53,917 nt of DNA, from NCBI GenBank assembly GCA_963575745.1, contig CAUYUJ010000283.1, positions 62,001-115,917 on the forward strand. Reading direction: 5' to 3'. Positions 13,720-26,227 of this stretch are shown one piece after another. The DNA is from Prorocentrum cordatum. Its lineage: Eukaryota. Within the stretch, counting starts at the first letter, position 1. Each line of letters opens with the position of its first letter. The position numbers were made by a program, and so were the translations under genes. The notes beneath the pieces are model-generated. The model worked only from the letters and a program-made list of their open reading frames with translations, was not told the DNA's origin and searched no databases.

Positions 13720-14981
13720 CGCTTCTCGTCGCTAAGCTTGACCGTCTCATGGTCGTCGCTGATCTGGCCGTCCATCGCACTGGGAAAGATACCCGAACCC
13801 ATGCCGCCAGCGGTCATGGGATCGGCCAGCGCGCCCCGGGCGTCGCACCAGAAAAGGGTCCACTGCTTCGTGCGCAGCTGGTCGGATAACCACCACAGGT
13901 GGCACGCCATGCTGTTCTCGGAGGGCGGCAGCAACGGGTCCACGAGCAGGGTGCCGAAGACGGACGTGCCGTCTGTGACGAGATCGGCAGGGAACAGAGG
14001 ACTTCCTTCCTCCCTCAGCCCCCTGAATGCCTCGGCAAGGGCGGGGCCGCGCACCATCTCGCGCAGCGCGAAAGAGTGCGCCTGCTGTCCGTCGGCTGAG
14101 CCGCGCGCCGCGCGCAGCTCTAAGCCGAACGAGGATCTGCGCGCCAATTTGTGCGATCGGCTCGCTGCCCCCAACAAGTGGCACACCTGTTTGACGGCGC
14201 GACGGCGCATGCTGAGACGGATGCGCACGGCCACTCGCATGCCGAATCCTGCCCCCCCCCCCCCTCCTTGAAAGATCCGTCGTTGCGCGCGCAAGCTCGC
14301 CCGGCGCGCCCCATTGCTGGACATGCGATGAGTGTCTTCATTTTCTGCGCTGCCAGAGCGACTGACTTGAGCTGCGTCGCGAGTCAGTTAAAGAGCTGGT
14401 TCTTGGCCCTCTGCAGGGCGAAAGTGCACGCGGCGATGCGGCGCTGGGTGAGCAGCGCGCAAGCCGCTGCTCCCAATAGAGGATACACAGAAGGTCTGGA
14501 AGCTGACCTCTGGCCGGCTCGTCAGCCTCGGCCTTGGCGATGCCGACGTGCCTGATCGGCATCAGAGCGTCGATGCATTCGCCCTGGCAGAGCGTCGCTG
14601 AACCGTCGGCTGCGCGGCGCCAGCGCGCCCCGCAAGTGGCGAAGACGCCGCGGTCGCCCTTCATCTTGCCGAAGACGCCCTCGGCGCGGTCAATCAGCCG
14701 GTCGAAGTGCACCTTGTGTCCAGCGATAGTCAGATCGCCGACGCGTTTGGACAACGCGAGCACTAACTCCGAGACGCTCGTGCCACAAGTGCCAGGCGTC
14801 TCGCTCTCGATCTCCAGCTCCGGGCCCCGCCTGGCGGGTTTGGCGACGCTGCGGGGCAAGCTCGGGGCGCGCCCTTGCAGCCCGAGCCCGGCTCGATGCG
14901 GCGCGCGCGCTCGGTCCGCTCGACGCAGCCCTCGCGACCGGGCGCCCGCCGGAGGGTGGCTGCGCTGCCGGGCGGCAGGGC
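13720..14981 (-). pseudogene. Decayed Ty1/copia pol, 3' half (RT C-terminal part and RNase H), interrupted by the giant TIR element
   Basis: FALPPGSAATLRR..., PGSGCKGAPRA, SKRVGDL (decayed HVDDL), EGVFGKMK..GVFATCG. RNase H end: LVTDGTSVF...PSENSMACHLWWL...LFWCDARGALADPMTAG. Confidence 0.8.
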
Positions 14982-14985
14982 GAAG

Positions 14986-15017
14986 CTGGCCGAAGCTTAG
15001 TCGCAGGTCTTCAGGTC
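14986..15017 (+). repeat. Left terminal inverted repeat (ctggccgaagcttagtcgcaggtcttcaggtc)
   Basis: Exact reverse complement of 43330-43361. Imperfect inverted similarity continues inward (tcc..caaaa; cccaacatc...gtcgccatc; (ATAGC)n versus (TATGT/C)n). Confidence 0.95.
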
Positions 15018-15396
15018 GCGCATCCTCCAAAAACCCGATCCTTCTCCACATCCGTCTTCCCAACATCACAGTCGCCATCGCCAGCGTAGCATAGCCCAGC
15101 ATAGCATAGCATAGCATAGCATGGTGCGACCCCCTTCGTAGCGAGGATCGCATCGATGACCCCTCGTCGCGGGGACCTAATCGACCCACCCATCACAGTG
15201 ACAGCGGGGACCTACGTAATCGACCCCCTCCCCATAGCGGGGACATAATCGACCATAGCGGGGACCTGATTGACTCCCCCTCTCATCGACTACCCTTCGT
15301 AGCGGGGAGCTAATCGACCCACCGCCCTCATAGTGGGGACGTAATCGACCCCCCCATCACAGCGGTCGTCATCATCATCATCATCATCACCACCAC

Positions 15397-15430
<34 letters not shown>

Positions 15431-15466
15431 TTCATTTTCATCTTCATCATCACCATCATCATCATA

Positions 15467-18400
15467 CGGTCGGCACAAGGCTTACGAACTTCGGTGGCTC
15501 GGGGAGGGTACCCTTATGTTCTTCGTTTTTGTTCCATGTTCTTGTGAACCCTGGGGGAGGGTATCCTCGATGTTCTTCAGTTTGGCGCCATTATTCCTTC
15601 GTTATGACAAAGCTGGGGTTCGGGGCTCACGATTCGGCTACGAGCGTCCACGGCGGGGGCGGGACCCTCCATGTTCTTCGGTCCCGAAGTCACGGCGCGG
15701 CCTTCAGCAACCGCGTGCCCCTTCATGATGGTGGTGCGATTGCAATCACCCTCGCATGTTCTTAGGGGACTGTTTGGCGTTGGTGGGCTTCGGGCTGCGG
15801 GGCTTAGGGCGTGCGGATGCAGGCTTGATTGGGGCTACGTGCGCACGTAGGCCGCAGGGCTCGCGCGTCCGCGGCACGGGCAGGACCCTCCATGTTCTTC
15901 GGTTTCGATGTCAAGGTGCGGCCTCCAGCAACCGCGTGCCCCTTGATGATGGCGGCGTGAGTGCAATCACCCTCGCATGTTCTTAGGGGAGAACTTGGCG
16001 CTAGTGGGCTTCAGGTTTCGGAGAGTAGGGTGCGCGGCTGCAGGCATGAGGCTAGGGCGGGCGGGCGAAGCCACGCGCAGCTTCCTGGGCTGCGGCAGGG
16101 CTGAGAGGTTGGATGTGCGGATGACGTTCAGGACGTAGCGCTGATGTCGGTCCTATGCTAAGGCCCATGGGGTAGGCCGCAGGGCTCGCGCATCCGCGGC
16201 GCGGGCAGGACCCTCCATGCTCTTCGGTCTCGATGTCAAGGTGCGGCCATCCGCAACCGCGTCCCCCTGGATGATGGTGGCGCGAAAGGAATCGCCCTCG
16301 CATGTTCCTAGGAGAGAGTTTGGCGGTTGTTGGGCATCAGAGCGGGGTATGTGCGCGCGTGCGTGCGTGCGTGTGTGCGTGCGTCCTACCGAGGGCCACG
16401 CAAAACTTGACATGCGCGTCTGCGCTGCCGAACGCGAGTTAAGAGGCCCGCGTTGTCAGCAATGGGAGAGTCGCCATGTTGGCTTGGAAAACCAAAGTGA
16501 ACCTTCAGCGTCGCCAGTCAGATTTCCAGGCTAGCATGGGCTCTGGCGCATGTGTTCAGAAACGGCGCATGCAACCACTTCTCGCGCGCGCCTGCGCCGC
16601 CGCGCGCGCGGCGGCGCCGCCGCGCGCGCGGCGGCGCAGGGGCGTGGGGCGCTCAGTGTTATCAGCAATAGAAGAAGCGCCATGTTGGCCTGGAGAATCA
16701 AAGTGGACCACTAGCGGTTGCCGATTGGATTTCCAAGTCAACATGGGTTCTGGTGTACGTGTCTTGCAACGGCGTATACAACAACCCCTCGCGCGCGCCC
16801 GCGCCGCCGCGCGCGCGGCGGCGCCGCCGCGCGCGCGGCGGCGCGTGCGCGTGGGGCGCCCCGCGTTATCAGCAATAGAAAAGTTGCCATGTTGGCCTGG
16901 GAAATCAAAGTGAACCCTTAGTGGTTGCCGATTGGATTTCGAAGTTAACATGGGTTTTGGTGCATGTGTTCTACAACAGCGCAGACAAACACTCCTCGCG
17001 CGCGCCTGCGCCGCCGCGCGCGCGGCGGCGTGTGCGCGTGCGGAGCTTCGCGTTATCGGCAATAGAAGAGTCGCCATGTTGGCCTGGAAAATCAAAGTGA
17101 ACCCTTAGCGGTTGCCACTTGGATTTCCAAGTTAACATGGTTTCTGGTGCATGTCTTCTGCAACAGCGCGCGCAAAACTTCTCGCGCGTTCCTGCGCCGC
17201 CGCGCGCGCGGCGGCGCGCGCGCGCGAGAAACGCCGCAGCGCCAGCAATAGGACAGTTGCCGCGTTGACTGGGGAATTCAAAGGGAGCCCTTGGAAGTGG
17301 GCAGTTTGATTTCCAAGTTAACATGGGTTTTGGTGCATGTGTTCTGCAGCGGCGCATGCAAACGCTTCTCGCGCGCGCCTGCGCCGCCGCGCGCGCGGCG
17401 GCGCAGGGGCGTGGGGCGCTCAGTGTTATCAGCAGTAGAAGAAGCGCCATGTTGGCCTGGAGAATCGAAGTGGACCACTAGCGGTTGCCGATTGGATTTC
17501 CAAGTCAACATGGGTTCTCGTGTACGTGTCTTGCAACGGCGTATACAACAACCCCTCGCGCGCGCCCGCGCCGCCGCGCGCGCGGCGGCGCCGCCGCGCG
17601 CGCGGCGGCGCGTGCGCGTGGGGCGCCCCGCGTTATCAGCAATAGAAAAGTTGCCATGTTGGCCTGGGAAATCAAAGTGAACCCTTAGTGGTTGCCGATT
17701 GGATTTCGAAGTTAACATGGGTTTTGGTGCATGTGTTCTACAACAGCGCAGACAAACACTCCTCGCGCGCGCCTGCGCCGCCGCGCGCGCGGCGGCGTGT
17801 GCGCGTGCGGGGCTTCGCGTTATCGGCAATAGAAGAGTCGCCATGTTGGCCAGGAAAATCAAAGTGAACCCTTAGCGGTTGCCACTTGGATTTCCCTGTT
17901 AACATGGTTGTCTTCTGCAACAGCGCGCGCAACACTTCTCGCGCGTTCCTGCGCCGCCGCGCGCGCGGCGGCGCGCGCGCGCGAGAAACGCCGCAGCGCC
18001 AGCAATAGGACAGTTGCAGCGTTGACTGGGGAATTCAAAGGGGGCCCTTGGAAGTGGGCAGTTTGATTTCCAAGTTAACATGGGTTTTGGTGCATGTGTT
18101 CTGCAGCTGCGCATGCAAACACTTCTCGCGCGCCTGCGCCGCCGCGCGCGCGGCGGCGCCGCCGCGCGCGCGGCTGCGCAGGGGCGTGGGGCGCTCAGTG
18201 TTATCAGCAGTAGAAGAAGCGCCATGTTGGCCTGGAGAGTCAAAGTGGACCACTAGCGGTTGCCGATTGGATTTCCAAGTCAACATGGGTTTTGGTGTAC
18301 GTGTCTCGCAACGGCGTATACAACAACCCCTCGCGCACCGCGTTATCAGCAATAGAAAAGTTGCCATGTTGGCCTGGGAAATCAAAGTGAACCCTTAGTG

Positions 18401-19417
18401 GTTGCCGATTGGATTTCGAAGTTAACATGGGTTTTGGTGCATGTGTTCTACAACAGCGCAGACAAACACTCCTCGCGCGCGCCTGCGCCGCCGCGCGCGC
18501 GGCGGCGTGTGCGCGTGCGGAGCTTCGCGTTATCGGCGATAGAAGAGTCGCCATGTTGGCCTGGCACACATGCACCAACACCCATGAGTTGCGCCGCTGC
18601 AAGACCCAGAGTTGTTGGGGGCGCCGCAGGGTTGGGGCGAGAGCTCGCGCGCGTGCATGAGTGCCAGGGCGTGAGACGTGGCGCTGAGGCCCACTGCTAG
18701 AGCCCTAAGCTGGCCGCAGGCCTCGCGCGTCCGCGGCGTGGGCAGGACCCTCCATGTTCTTCGGTCTCGGTGTCAATGTGTCGCCTCCAGCAGCCGCGCG
18801 CTCGTGGATGACGGCGGCGCGGAGACGCACACCCTCGCATGTTCTTGTTTTGGGGCAACAGCAGCCTGGAGCTGGGCCTAGGGTGGCGGGGGCCAGGCCG
18901 CGCGGCAGCGGCCTTGAGTCTGGGGCGAGCAGGCGAGGTCGCGCGAGGCTCCCTGGGGCGCCGCGGGGTTGGGGCGAGAGCTCGCGCGCGCGCATGAGTG
19001 CCAGGGCGTGAGACGTGGCGCTGAGGCCCACGACTAAGCTGGTCGCAGGCCTCGCGCGTCCGCGGCGCGGACAAGACCCTCCATGTTCTTCGGTCTCGAT
19101 GTCAACGTGCTGCCTCCAGCAACCGCGCGCTCGTGGATGACGACGGGCGCGCGGAGGCAGATCCAGGGCACAGGAACACAGCGTGGGTCTCGGGGGGCGG
19201 GGGGGGGTCAGGGCTTCGGGGTTGCGTGGTCCAGGCTGTGCAGTCGAAGGCTTTAGGCTGGGGGCTGAACCAGATGCGTACTTACGCACGTTGGCTCGGA
19301 AGTGAAGGCCGGGGACACCTCGGAAGGGCGTCCTCGACGTCCTTATGGTTTGGGGTACTTTGGCCCGCGGAGGGTCTCATGTTCTTGTCCGATGTTCTTG
19401 TGGCCTTGTTCCGGCCG
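15467..19417 (+). mobile_element. ~3.95-kb non-autonomous TIR element with TA flanks (Tc1/mariner-like ends), copy 1
   Basis: TA|cggtcggcacaaggc...gccttgttccggccg|TA, inserted in an (ATC)n tract. Second copy at 38934-42826 with different flanks. No convincing ORF. Confidence 0.8.
16450..18565 (+). repeat. Satellite of ~190-bp monomers in a ~767-bp four-monomer higher-order repeat, with CG palindromes
   Basis: Recurring gccatgttggcctgg..aatcaaagtg..cc..tag.ggttgcc..ttggatttc..agttaacatggg. Equivalent positions lie 767 bp apart (17095 vs 17862). The palindrome cgccgccgcgcgcgcggcggcg occurs in most monomers. Confidence 0.9.
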
Positions 19418-19564
19418 TAATAATCATCATCATCATCATCATCATCATCACCATCATCATCATCAGCATATCCATGCTCATCATATTTTTACTCACCATG
19501 GCCATCATCGTCGTCGTCTGTGTCGTGGCCGTCGTCATCATCACACCAGAAATCATCCTGATTT

Positions 19565-19840
19565 CTGCTTCCCCAAGACGCCCCCCAAGATGCGCCACCA
19601 AGACGACCCCCAAGACGGCACCACCAAGACGGCACCCCCAAGACGGCCCCCAAGACGCCCCCCCAAGACGCCCCCCAAGACGACGCCACCAAGACGACCC
19701 CCGAGACTGCTCCACCAAGACGGCACCACCAAGACGACACCGTCAAGACGGCCAATTAACCGCCGACCCGCGCCGAATGCTCTTGGGTCACGAGGCGTAG
19801 TCCGCGGGCCTCCTCTCGGGCCCCCAGGCGCATGAGGTAT
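19565..19840 (+). repeat. Direct repeat B (CCAAGACG minisatellite plus ~85-bp unique tail), copy 1
   Basis: The tail ccgccgacccgcgccgaatgctcttgggtcacgaggcgta...gcgcatgaggtat is nearly identical to 38773-38853. Confidence 0.85.
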
Positions 19841-20100
19841 AATGTTGCATCGTTTATGTTATGTTGTTGTTTATGATTGGTTTGCTATATTATGTTATGT
19901 TGGCGGCGGGGCGTACTAGCTTGGTATGTTATGGTATGATTGCTATGCTACGTTACGCTATGTGATGGTATGTTGTGTTATGTTATGTTATGGTGTGACT
20001 GATACTATATGTTATGTTATGTAATGCGTGGTTACGCATTGTTTATATCATCATATGCTATGTGATGCTGTACTGTTATGCTATGATATGCTATGGTATG
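19841..20100 (+). repeat. Degenerate (TATGT/TATGC)n pentamer tract
   Basis: Directly visible; similar tracts at ~42840-43210 and, as complement, 15085-15122. Confidence 0.85.
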
Positions 20101-20440
20101 TCACTGAAGGGTCCTCTTTGGCGTTATTCGGGGTCCTCTTGGGCGCTCCGCGCGGACGGAAATGGCGCCAGCCTCATGGCGTCGGAAGTGGCGTAAGCCC
20201 CAAGAACATGTCTGCGTCGGAATCGACGCAAGCCTTGTGTAACAACCCATGTGGCCGAAATATTCAAAGCACGATGCGACGGCACTGAAAAAACTTTGCA
20301 TCATCAGATACAGGCAACAAGCAAGCGTACAGTAGAAACGAGCACATGCTCTTGTTGTATTGCGTTGTTATCCTATGTTTTTTTTTTTGTTTTTACATTG
20401 TTGTCAATGTCAGTGCTACGTCCCTACGACGTAGTGATTC

Positions 20441-23400
20441 CTACACTACGGTAGGGAGCTCTTTAAGCTTCAGCCCTTGCTGAACAGACGCTCCGCACCT
20501 GGACTCGTCCAAGTGGCGGAGCCACACCCCGAAAGTTTGAATTGTGAACACATTTTTCCACGTGGAGAAATCTCTTGACTTCTCTGAGAGTGAAACCAGA
20601 GCGATCGTGTCCATGGGTCGCTGCTGCAGTTTTGGTCTCTTCTTATCGGCCTCGACTGCAGCCCTGAACCCATCCTTAGAAAATATGGTCTTCCAACCAG
20701 GTGGACGTGGCTCCTGCAGCATGCGAGCAAAAAACGGGTGGCCTGCAGCGAACGCAGCCGATATAAATATGGATCTCTGTGTGGCAGCACCGTTCGTCAA
20801 TACCAAATGCGCGCCACGTCTACCGTGCGACGTGAAGAAACTAGGGGTGCCGACTGTGCCACCTACCAGAGCTGAGGCCCAGAGAATCCGCTGGCCAGGG
20901 TTGGCAGGGTCGTTCGCAATGAAAATTGATGCGCTGCGAATATCATCGTCGCCAACCCTGGACAGTCTACATAACCGCAAAACCGAAGACACTTCAGCAT
21001 CCGCAATCTTACATGCAGGATGCACGTATACTTTCTTATCGAAAAAGGCTGGCTTCGGAAGGGAACTCACTCCTAAGCGTCTCATTTTTTTCCGTCGTTC
21101 CACATCGAACTTGTGGTCCCCAGCTTTCCTTTTTTTGATGCTTTCTTGCAAGTCTACTTCCAATTGTGAGTCCACCTCGCGGTCCAAAAGGTGGCCGTTC
21201 TCATATGATTGCACACGGTGTTTATATGCTTTGTCTTTGAGTTTTTTTTCAAAGGCTGCGCGTTTGTCCCCCCACGAAGACGAGCTTCTCGAAATAGCAT
21301 GCTTGAGTACATCTTCAGTCGATCGAGAGATCGCAGACGAACTGCCTTTACCAACCGCATTTCGCCTGTCGTCAAGAAACGATGTTTCAGTATTTGTTTG
21401 CAAACGTTTCTTTGCAAATCTGGAGCCCTTGTCAAACCGTATCTTTAATCGTTGGGTACCCGAAATCCGTGCTGCCCCGAAATACTCTGTCCAAATTGTG
21501 ATTGCGTCGGCAATTATTTGTTCTGTGTCTGACGGCTGTAAGTCCACTTTGAGTTTGAGTGAGACGAGTTCCATATGATCATCCAGGTGTTCGTGTCTGC
21601 TTGTGCCAAGCAGCTCTTCAAGCCGAGAAAAAACAGATTCCACCCGACTTGTTGTTGAACCAGAGTACCCCACGTATCGTTGCAACACAGGGGAAATAGC
21701 ATCCACAGGGTGCTTTGCACTCATGCTGTTCCTACTTTGCGATCGGCGGACTGCGACTCGCCACCCACCCTCTACGGCAACACCGCCTTGTCGTGAAACA
21801 TGCCTATCGTCCTCCCCTCTAGGTTACCAGGTTACCCGTGTACCCACATGCTTTGAAAACCATCCCAATGGTTTTACCCACCCTATCCCTTCAAATCGTT
21901 GTGTTATCATCTCTTGCCCTCACAGGGCTTTCAGTCCTAGAGGGGAGGCCGAGTAGGTATGTTTTCGGGCGTCCAGGCCTTTGTCGAACTCCTGCTTGGC
22001 ACAATAGAAGTGATCGGCCAGCTGCGATGCCAGAGACTCTGCATTGACCTTGTACGCTTTCGCCAGCCTGGCAACAGCAGCATCTGTTGAATGAAACTCC
22101 TTCGACGCCCCGTTCACGTTCAAATCGAGTATCCCAAACGCTTGCATTATGTCCCAAGCCGGAAACTCAGCATGCAATGTGGCAATCGTAAGTCTGACCC
22201 AGCTTGCGAGTCTGCCAATGCAGTTTTGCGTCAGGGCGTGGGTGATTTTCCAGGCCCCCCAATCGTCATCACAGAAATGCCTGTATGTATCATGATAACG
22301 TCGCTCAGTTGGTCCAGCATGTATTTAGTATACCCCACACTCAAGCATCCATCTTGCAAGAATATATAATCGATCCTTTTGACGAAAGCGTGAATCCGAG
22401 CTGGCCTCTCAGAAATGTCGTGCTGCCTGTCGTCGAAGTATCTTAATAATAAACTGATTTCGTCGCCTGCGTCGGCGAGCATCGCTAGTAAGATCAACCG
22501 TTCCTCAGATACCCAATCCAACCACTCGCGAATCCAAATTGCCTCGTCCCTGCCAGATCGAGTGGCCAGAACTTGAGCAAACACGCTGAATACTGCGGGC
22601 AAGAATAACACAAATCGTCCCAATGGTTTTTGTGTGCTCTGAAATCGCTGTTTCGCCGTCTGCAAGTTTTTGATGCGGCCACCTTTCACTGGGCAGTTTT
22701 CCAAGACACAAATGGTTTTCCTGAACATTTCTGAAAGCTGAGGTGAATATTCCAATATCGACGAAGCAGCTTTCTTACCCCTATGGTGAGAAACAATGCA
22801 CATCTGGAAAACTTCGTCTAATGCAGCGTCGTGCTTCCATGGATTCGCAAGTCTTGTGCAGGCGTGCGTTGGGTCTTTCAGCACCATCTTAAGATTCGGA
22901 AAAAAACTTGTCGCTCCGAGATTCTATCGTGCAAATGCCCTGCAATAGCTTCCCTGCCCGCTGCTCGTCGGAAGCAGCATCGGCCCCATATATCTCAGTA
23001 ATGTTTCGTAGGTGTCTGAGAAGTGTAGTATTCGTGGTATGCATCTCCTTCAACGGGTTCCACGATGTTTGCAAGCCACTGCGAGGAGTGCAGAAATCAC
23101 TGTATATCTGAATCGTTTGTGCACGCAATGATTCTGAGCCAGTTCCTTTCCTCATTTTCGCAAGTCCCAATATGCCCTGCCGCCTGTCCATGTTTGAGTT
23201 GGCAGCAACGAAATACGCACCGAGATGTAGTCGTCGACCATCCTGGTAAAGAGCAAGAACGCTAGCAGATTTCAACCAATCCCGATCTCTGTCTAGAAGC
23301 GCTTCTCCAAGACACCATGTCATTTTTGCTGCTTTTCTGCACCCCAATTCAGATGACCTCCACGACGTGTTGGCATTGATCTCTTTAAGTAGCTGTTGAA

Positions 23401-23986
23401 ATCGTTCTTTCTCGGGTGCACCCACCAAGTCTGTACTTTCGCTTTCTTTGCCCAAGTATTTGGTGATCGCAAGACGGTGACTCTTCATTGTGGCGTGCTG
23501 CTTGATCCTGCTCAGCCGATCTACAACACGAGCTCCAAAGCGCGACTCTGCTGAACGACCCGTATTCTTATAAGCCTGGTCGCACACCCAACAAGTGATA
23601 GTCGTCAGGTTGGCAGTGCTCTTGTCCAGTTTGATCCACACACCAGCTGCGGAGTTTCCCCTGTCAACCAAGCAGCAAGGTTCGTTCGCCCACTTGTTGT
23701 ATAGAGATGCGATATCCGTATGTTTTGGCGAACCATTGGCGAGCCGCGCGGCTACGCCTTTGCGAAATGCTGCTGACAACTTTGGTGGGGTCGCCTCCAC
23801 AGGCATTCCATGCTGCTTTTCAGGTGTTACACTATTCAGAAGACGATCTGCTCGCGACGCTTTCAGCAACATTTCGCAACATGCATGGGCCAAAACGGCT
23901 ACGGAACCGAAGCTGGCTGTGCGGCATTGTGTTTGGGGAAATCGTGTACCGCGTTTGCCGCTGTACTTCGGGACATCGTTTTTCAT
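20441..23986 (-). pseudogene. Divergent hAT-like DDE transposase with N-terminal Zn finger and extra C-terminal domain; frameshifted, probable intron ~21787-21970
   Basis: Motif order: CWVC...RIKQHATMKSH (TTF/BED-like C2H2); LYQDGR (D1); YGADAASDE (D2); KDPTHAC (CxxH position); KQRFQS (hAT RW.S position); AEFPAW; YSGSTTSRVESVFS (hAT S...ER.FS). Frameshifts near 22900 and 22230. The segment has lower GC than its surroundings. Confidence 0.7.
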
Positions 23987-25253
23987 GCTTCGTGTTCATG
24001 GCACAGAAGTGCTGGTTTTGCCAGCGTGGAGCCCAAACAGTGGGTGTTTTTTTGTTGCTTTTGCTTTTCAGATGTGGCATATGCAAGCCGCCATCCAAGT
24101 TGTGCAACCTAGGCGATGCAATATACCCGATGCGACTATGACTATGGTGGTGCAAGGTATCTTGTATATAATGCGCCATAGGATGCGCCATCTGTGGTTG
24201 CGCCATAGGTTGCACCATCCATAGGTTGCGAACGTGTCGAAACTTCGCTTGGTCCATCATCCAATAGCTAACGCCATATGTGTCCCCGAACAGCGCTTGC
24301 TCCTGAACGACGTAATTTCCCGAACTCTTACATGTGTTAGCGTTTTTTGTCTGAGCGTTTAGTCCTCTCCTCCCTCGCTCTGTTCCCTGCTGCTGCGTGG
24401 GCTGCTTATCTCTCGTCACTTGATTGGTCCCCCGATGTGTAATTCGAATGCCACATATCAATGCACGAGGGTGTTTGGGAGGCGTTCCGACACACAATAT
24501 GCCTGAGACTTGACATGTAAATCGAGGTCGCCGTCTGGCCTGCCTCTGCAAGCTGATGCACGCACGCGGCGCCAGTGACCTCAGAAACTTGATGAGTAAA
24601 AGCCTTCATCCAACTGAGCCGTGTGAGCCAAACCAGTTGAATCACGAGAGGCAACATATACACATAAACACGTACAAGTGGCACGTGCGCGCCCAGGCTC
24701 ATACAAAACATGCATGATGTACGCACGGGCGTTTGGATCGAGGACCGAGGATCGTGGATGAGAAAGTCCTTTGTGTTTTCGGACCCTGATGTCGCCTGCG
24801 CGAGGGATGCGATCGAGTTTCAGAATTATGAGGATGTCCCGAGCGAAACGACCAAAAACATCTTGGAAGGGACGAGACCTTCAATACATCGCTTCTGAGC
24901 TCTACTCTTTCGGAGAGGTGCCCATGAGAATCAGCGCCATCGCTTTGCCAAGCTGCGGAGTGAGGGTGTTTCTCGCCCTGCAAGCGGGTCCTTGGGGCTG
25001 TCGGCCCAGCGCGCTCAGGAGGCTCAGAGATGACTTAGCATTGCATGCTGGAGCCTAGCAAGCACGGTGGCGGTCGGGAGCGTAGCACGCTGGTGGCACC
25101 AGAAGGAGAAGGAGAAGGAAGGGCAGGGTGCGAAGTTTGAGATTGGGGAGAGGGACGGGGCAGGAGAAGAGTTTGGGAAGGGGAGGGCTGCGTGCACCCG
25201 CGCTCCATTCACAAAATTGCTCACGCCCCGATCTGCTGGATAATCCCCACTGA

Positions 25254-25517
25254 TCAGTCAGGGTCCACCGGAATATTTGCGATCTGGTGGATGTACTCTG
25301 CACCGCTGTCTGCCAACAAGTCGTCGGCCTGAAGTGCATCTGCGAGCATGTCTGTGGCCTTGTCAACCCTGCCCCTCATCAGCTTCATCCGGTGGCGGAG
25401 GTATCTGCAGCGAAATTTCCACACCAACAATTCACGCCAGAGTATTTTGAACCTCTTTCTCGTCACGGGCCTGCACTTCGATAGAAATTTCGGGTTGGGC
25501 AGTGTCGGCGACGGCAT
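25254..25517 (-). CDS. Small hypothetical protein (87 aa, MPSPTLPNPKFLSKCRP...), basic N-half and acidic C-half
   Basis: ATG-started, non-repetitive ORF upstream of and co-oriented with the transposase; no family recognised. Confidence 0.3.
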   Translation of the reverse strand: MPSPTLPNPKFLSKCRPVTRKRFKILWRELLVWKFRCRYLRHRMKLMRGRVDKATDMLADALQADDLLADSGAEYIHQIANIPVDPD

Positions 25518-25732
25518 CACAGACAGGTGTAGGATTGAAACTTGCCAGGCGCCTGAAACCTGAGAGCAAAAACAGCAAATCGGGATCATCGCAGAGAGGC
25601 AACACGTGTTGCATGATGAAGGCCATGGTAGTGACACGGATGATGTTGGTGATGGTGATGGTGATCTCGGCGACGATGGTGATGATGATGATGATGCTGA
25701 TGATGATGATGATGATGATGTTGATGATGTTG

Positions 25733-25764
<32 letters not shown>

Positions 25765-26227
25765 GATGATGATGGTGCATATTGTGCATATGATGGCGAC
25801 TGAGTTTATGTTGCATATGGTGATGATTATGATGTTGTTATGATTCTGACATTGATGGCGATGACGATGACACCATTGTGAATTTTCATTGCCATGTTGG
25901 TGATTGTTTTGTTTGACTATTTATTAGGTCTGATCCGCCAGCGCCGTCGTCGGCCGCCACGCCGCGAAGTTCGCAACTGAGCAAATTCCTTGGACATAAG
26001 TATTCACGAACCCCTGAGTGCAGCAAGCAAGGTCTGGGGAAATCGAGCCATCTGTCCCGCGCAAAAAATGTGCCCCGCCCACGGCTGTGTCGAACAATTT
26101 GTCCCGCGCGACGTTTCCCAAACCATTTGTCCCAGAAACGTCGTTTCAAACAATTGTATTGGGTAGCGTTTTCCTGAGAAGTTGTCCCACACACACGCGC
26201 AAGTTCCAACAATGACTACATGCGCCC

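Noticed and set aside
16476..18700. Ala/Arg-rich ORFs in the satellite (also 40006-42102)
   Set aside because: Translations of a GC-rich tandem repeat on both strands, with no consistent frame.
20544..21578. 344-aa plus-strand ORF (similarly 31277-32296 and antisense ORFs over the Copia pol)
   Set aside because: Antisense shadows of the motif-bearing frames.
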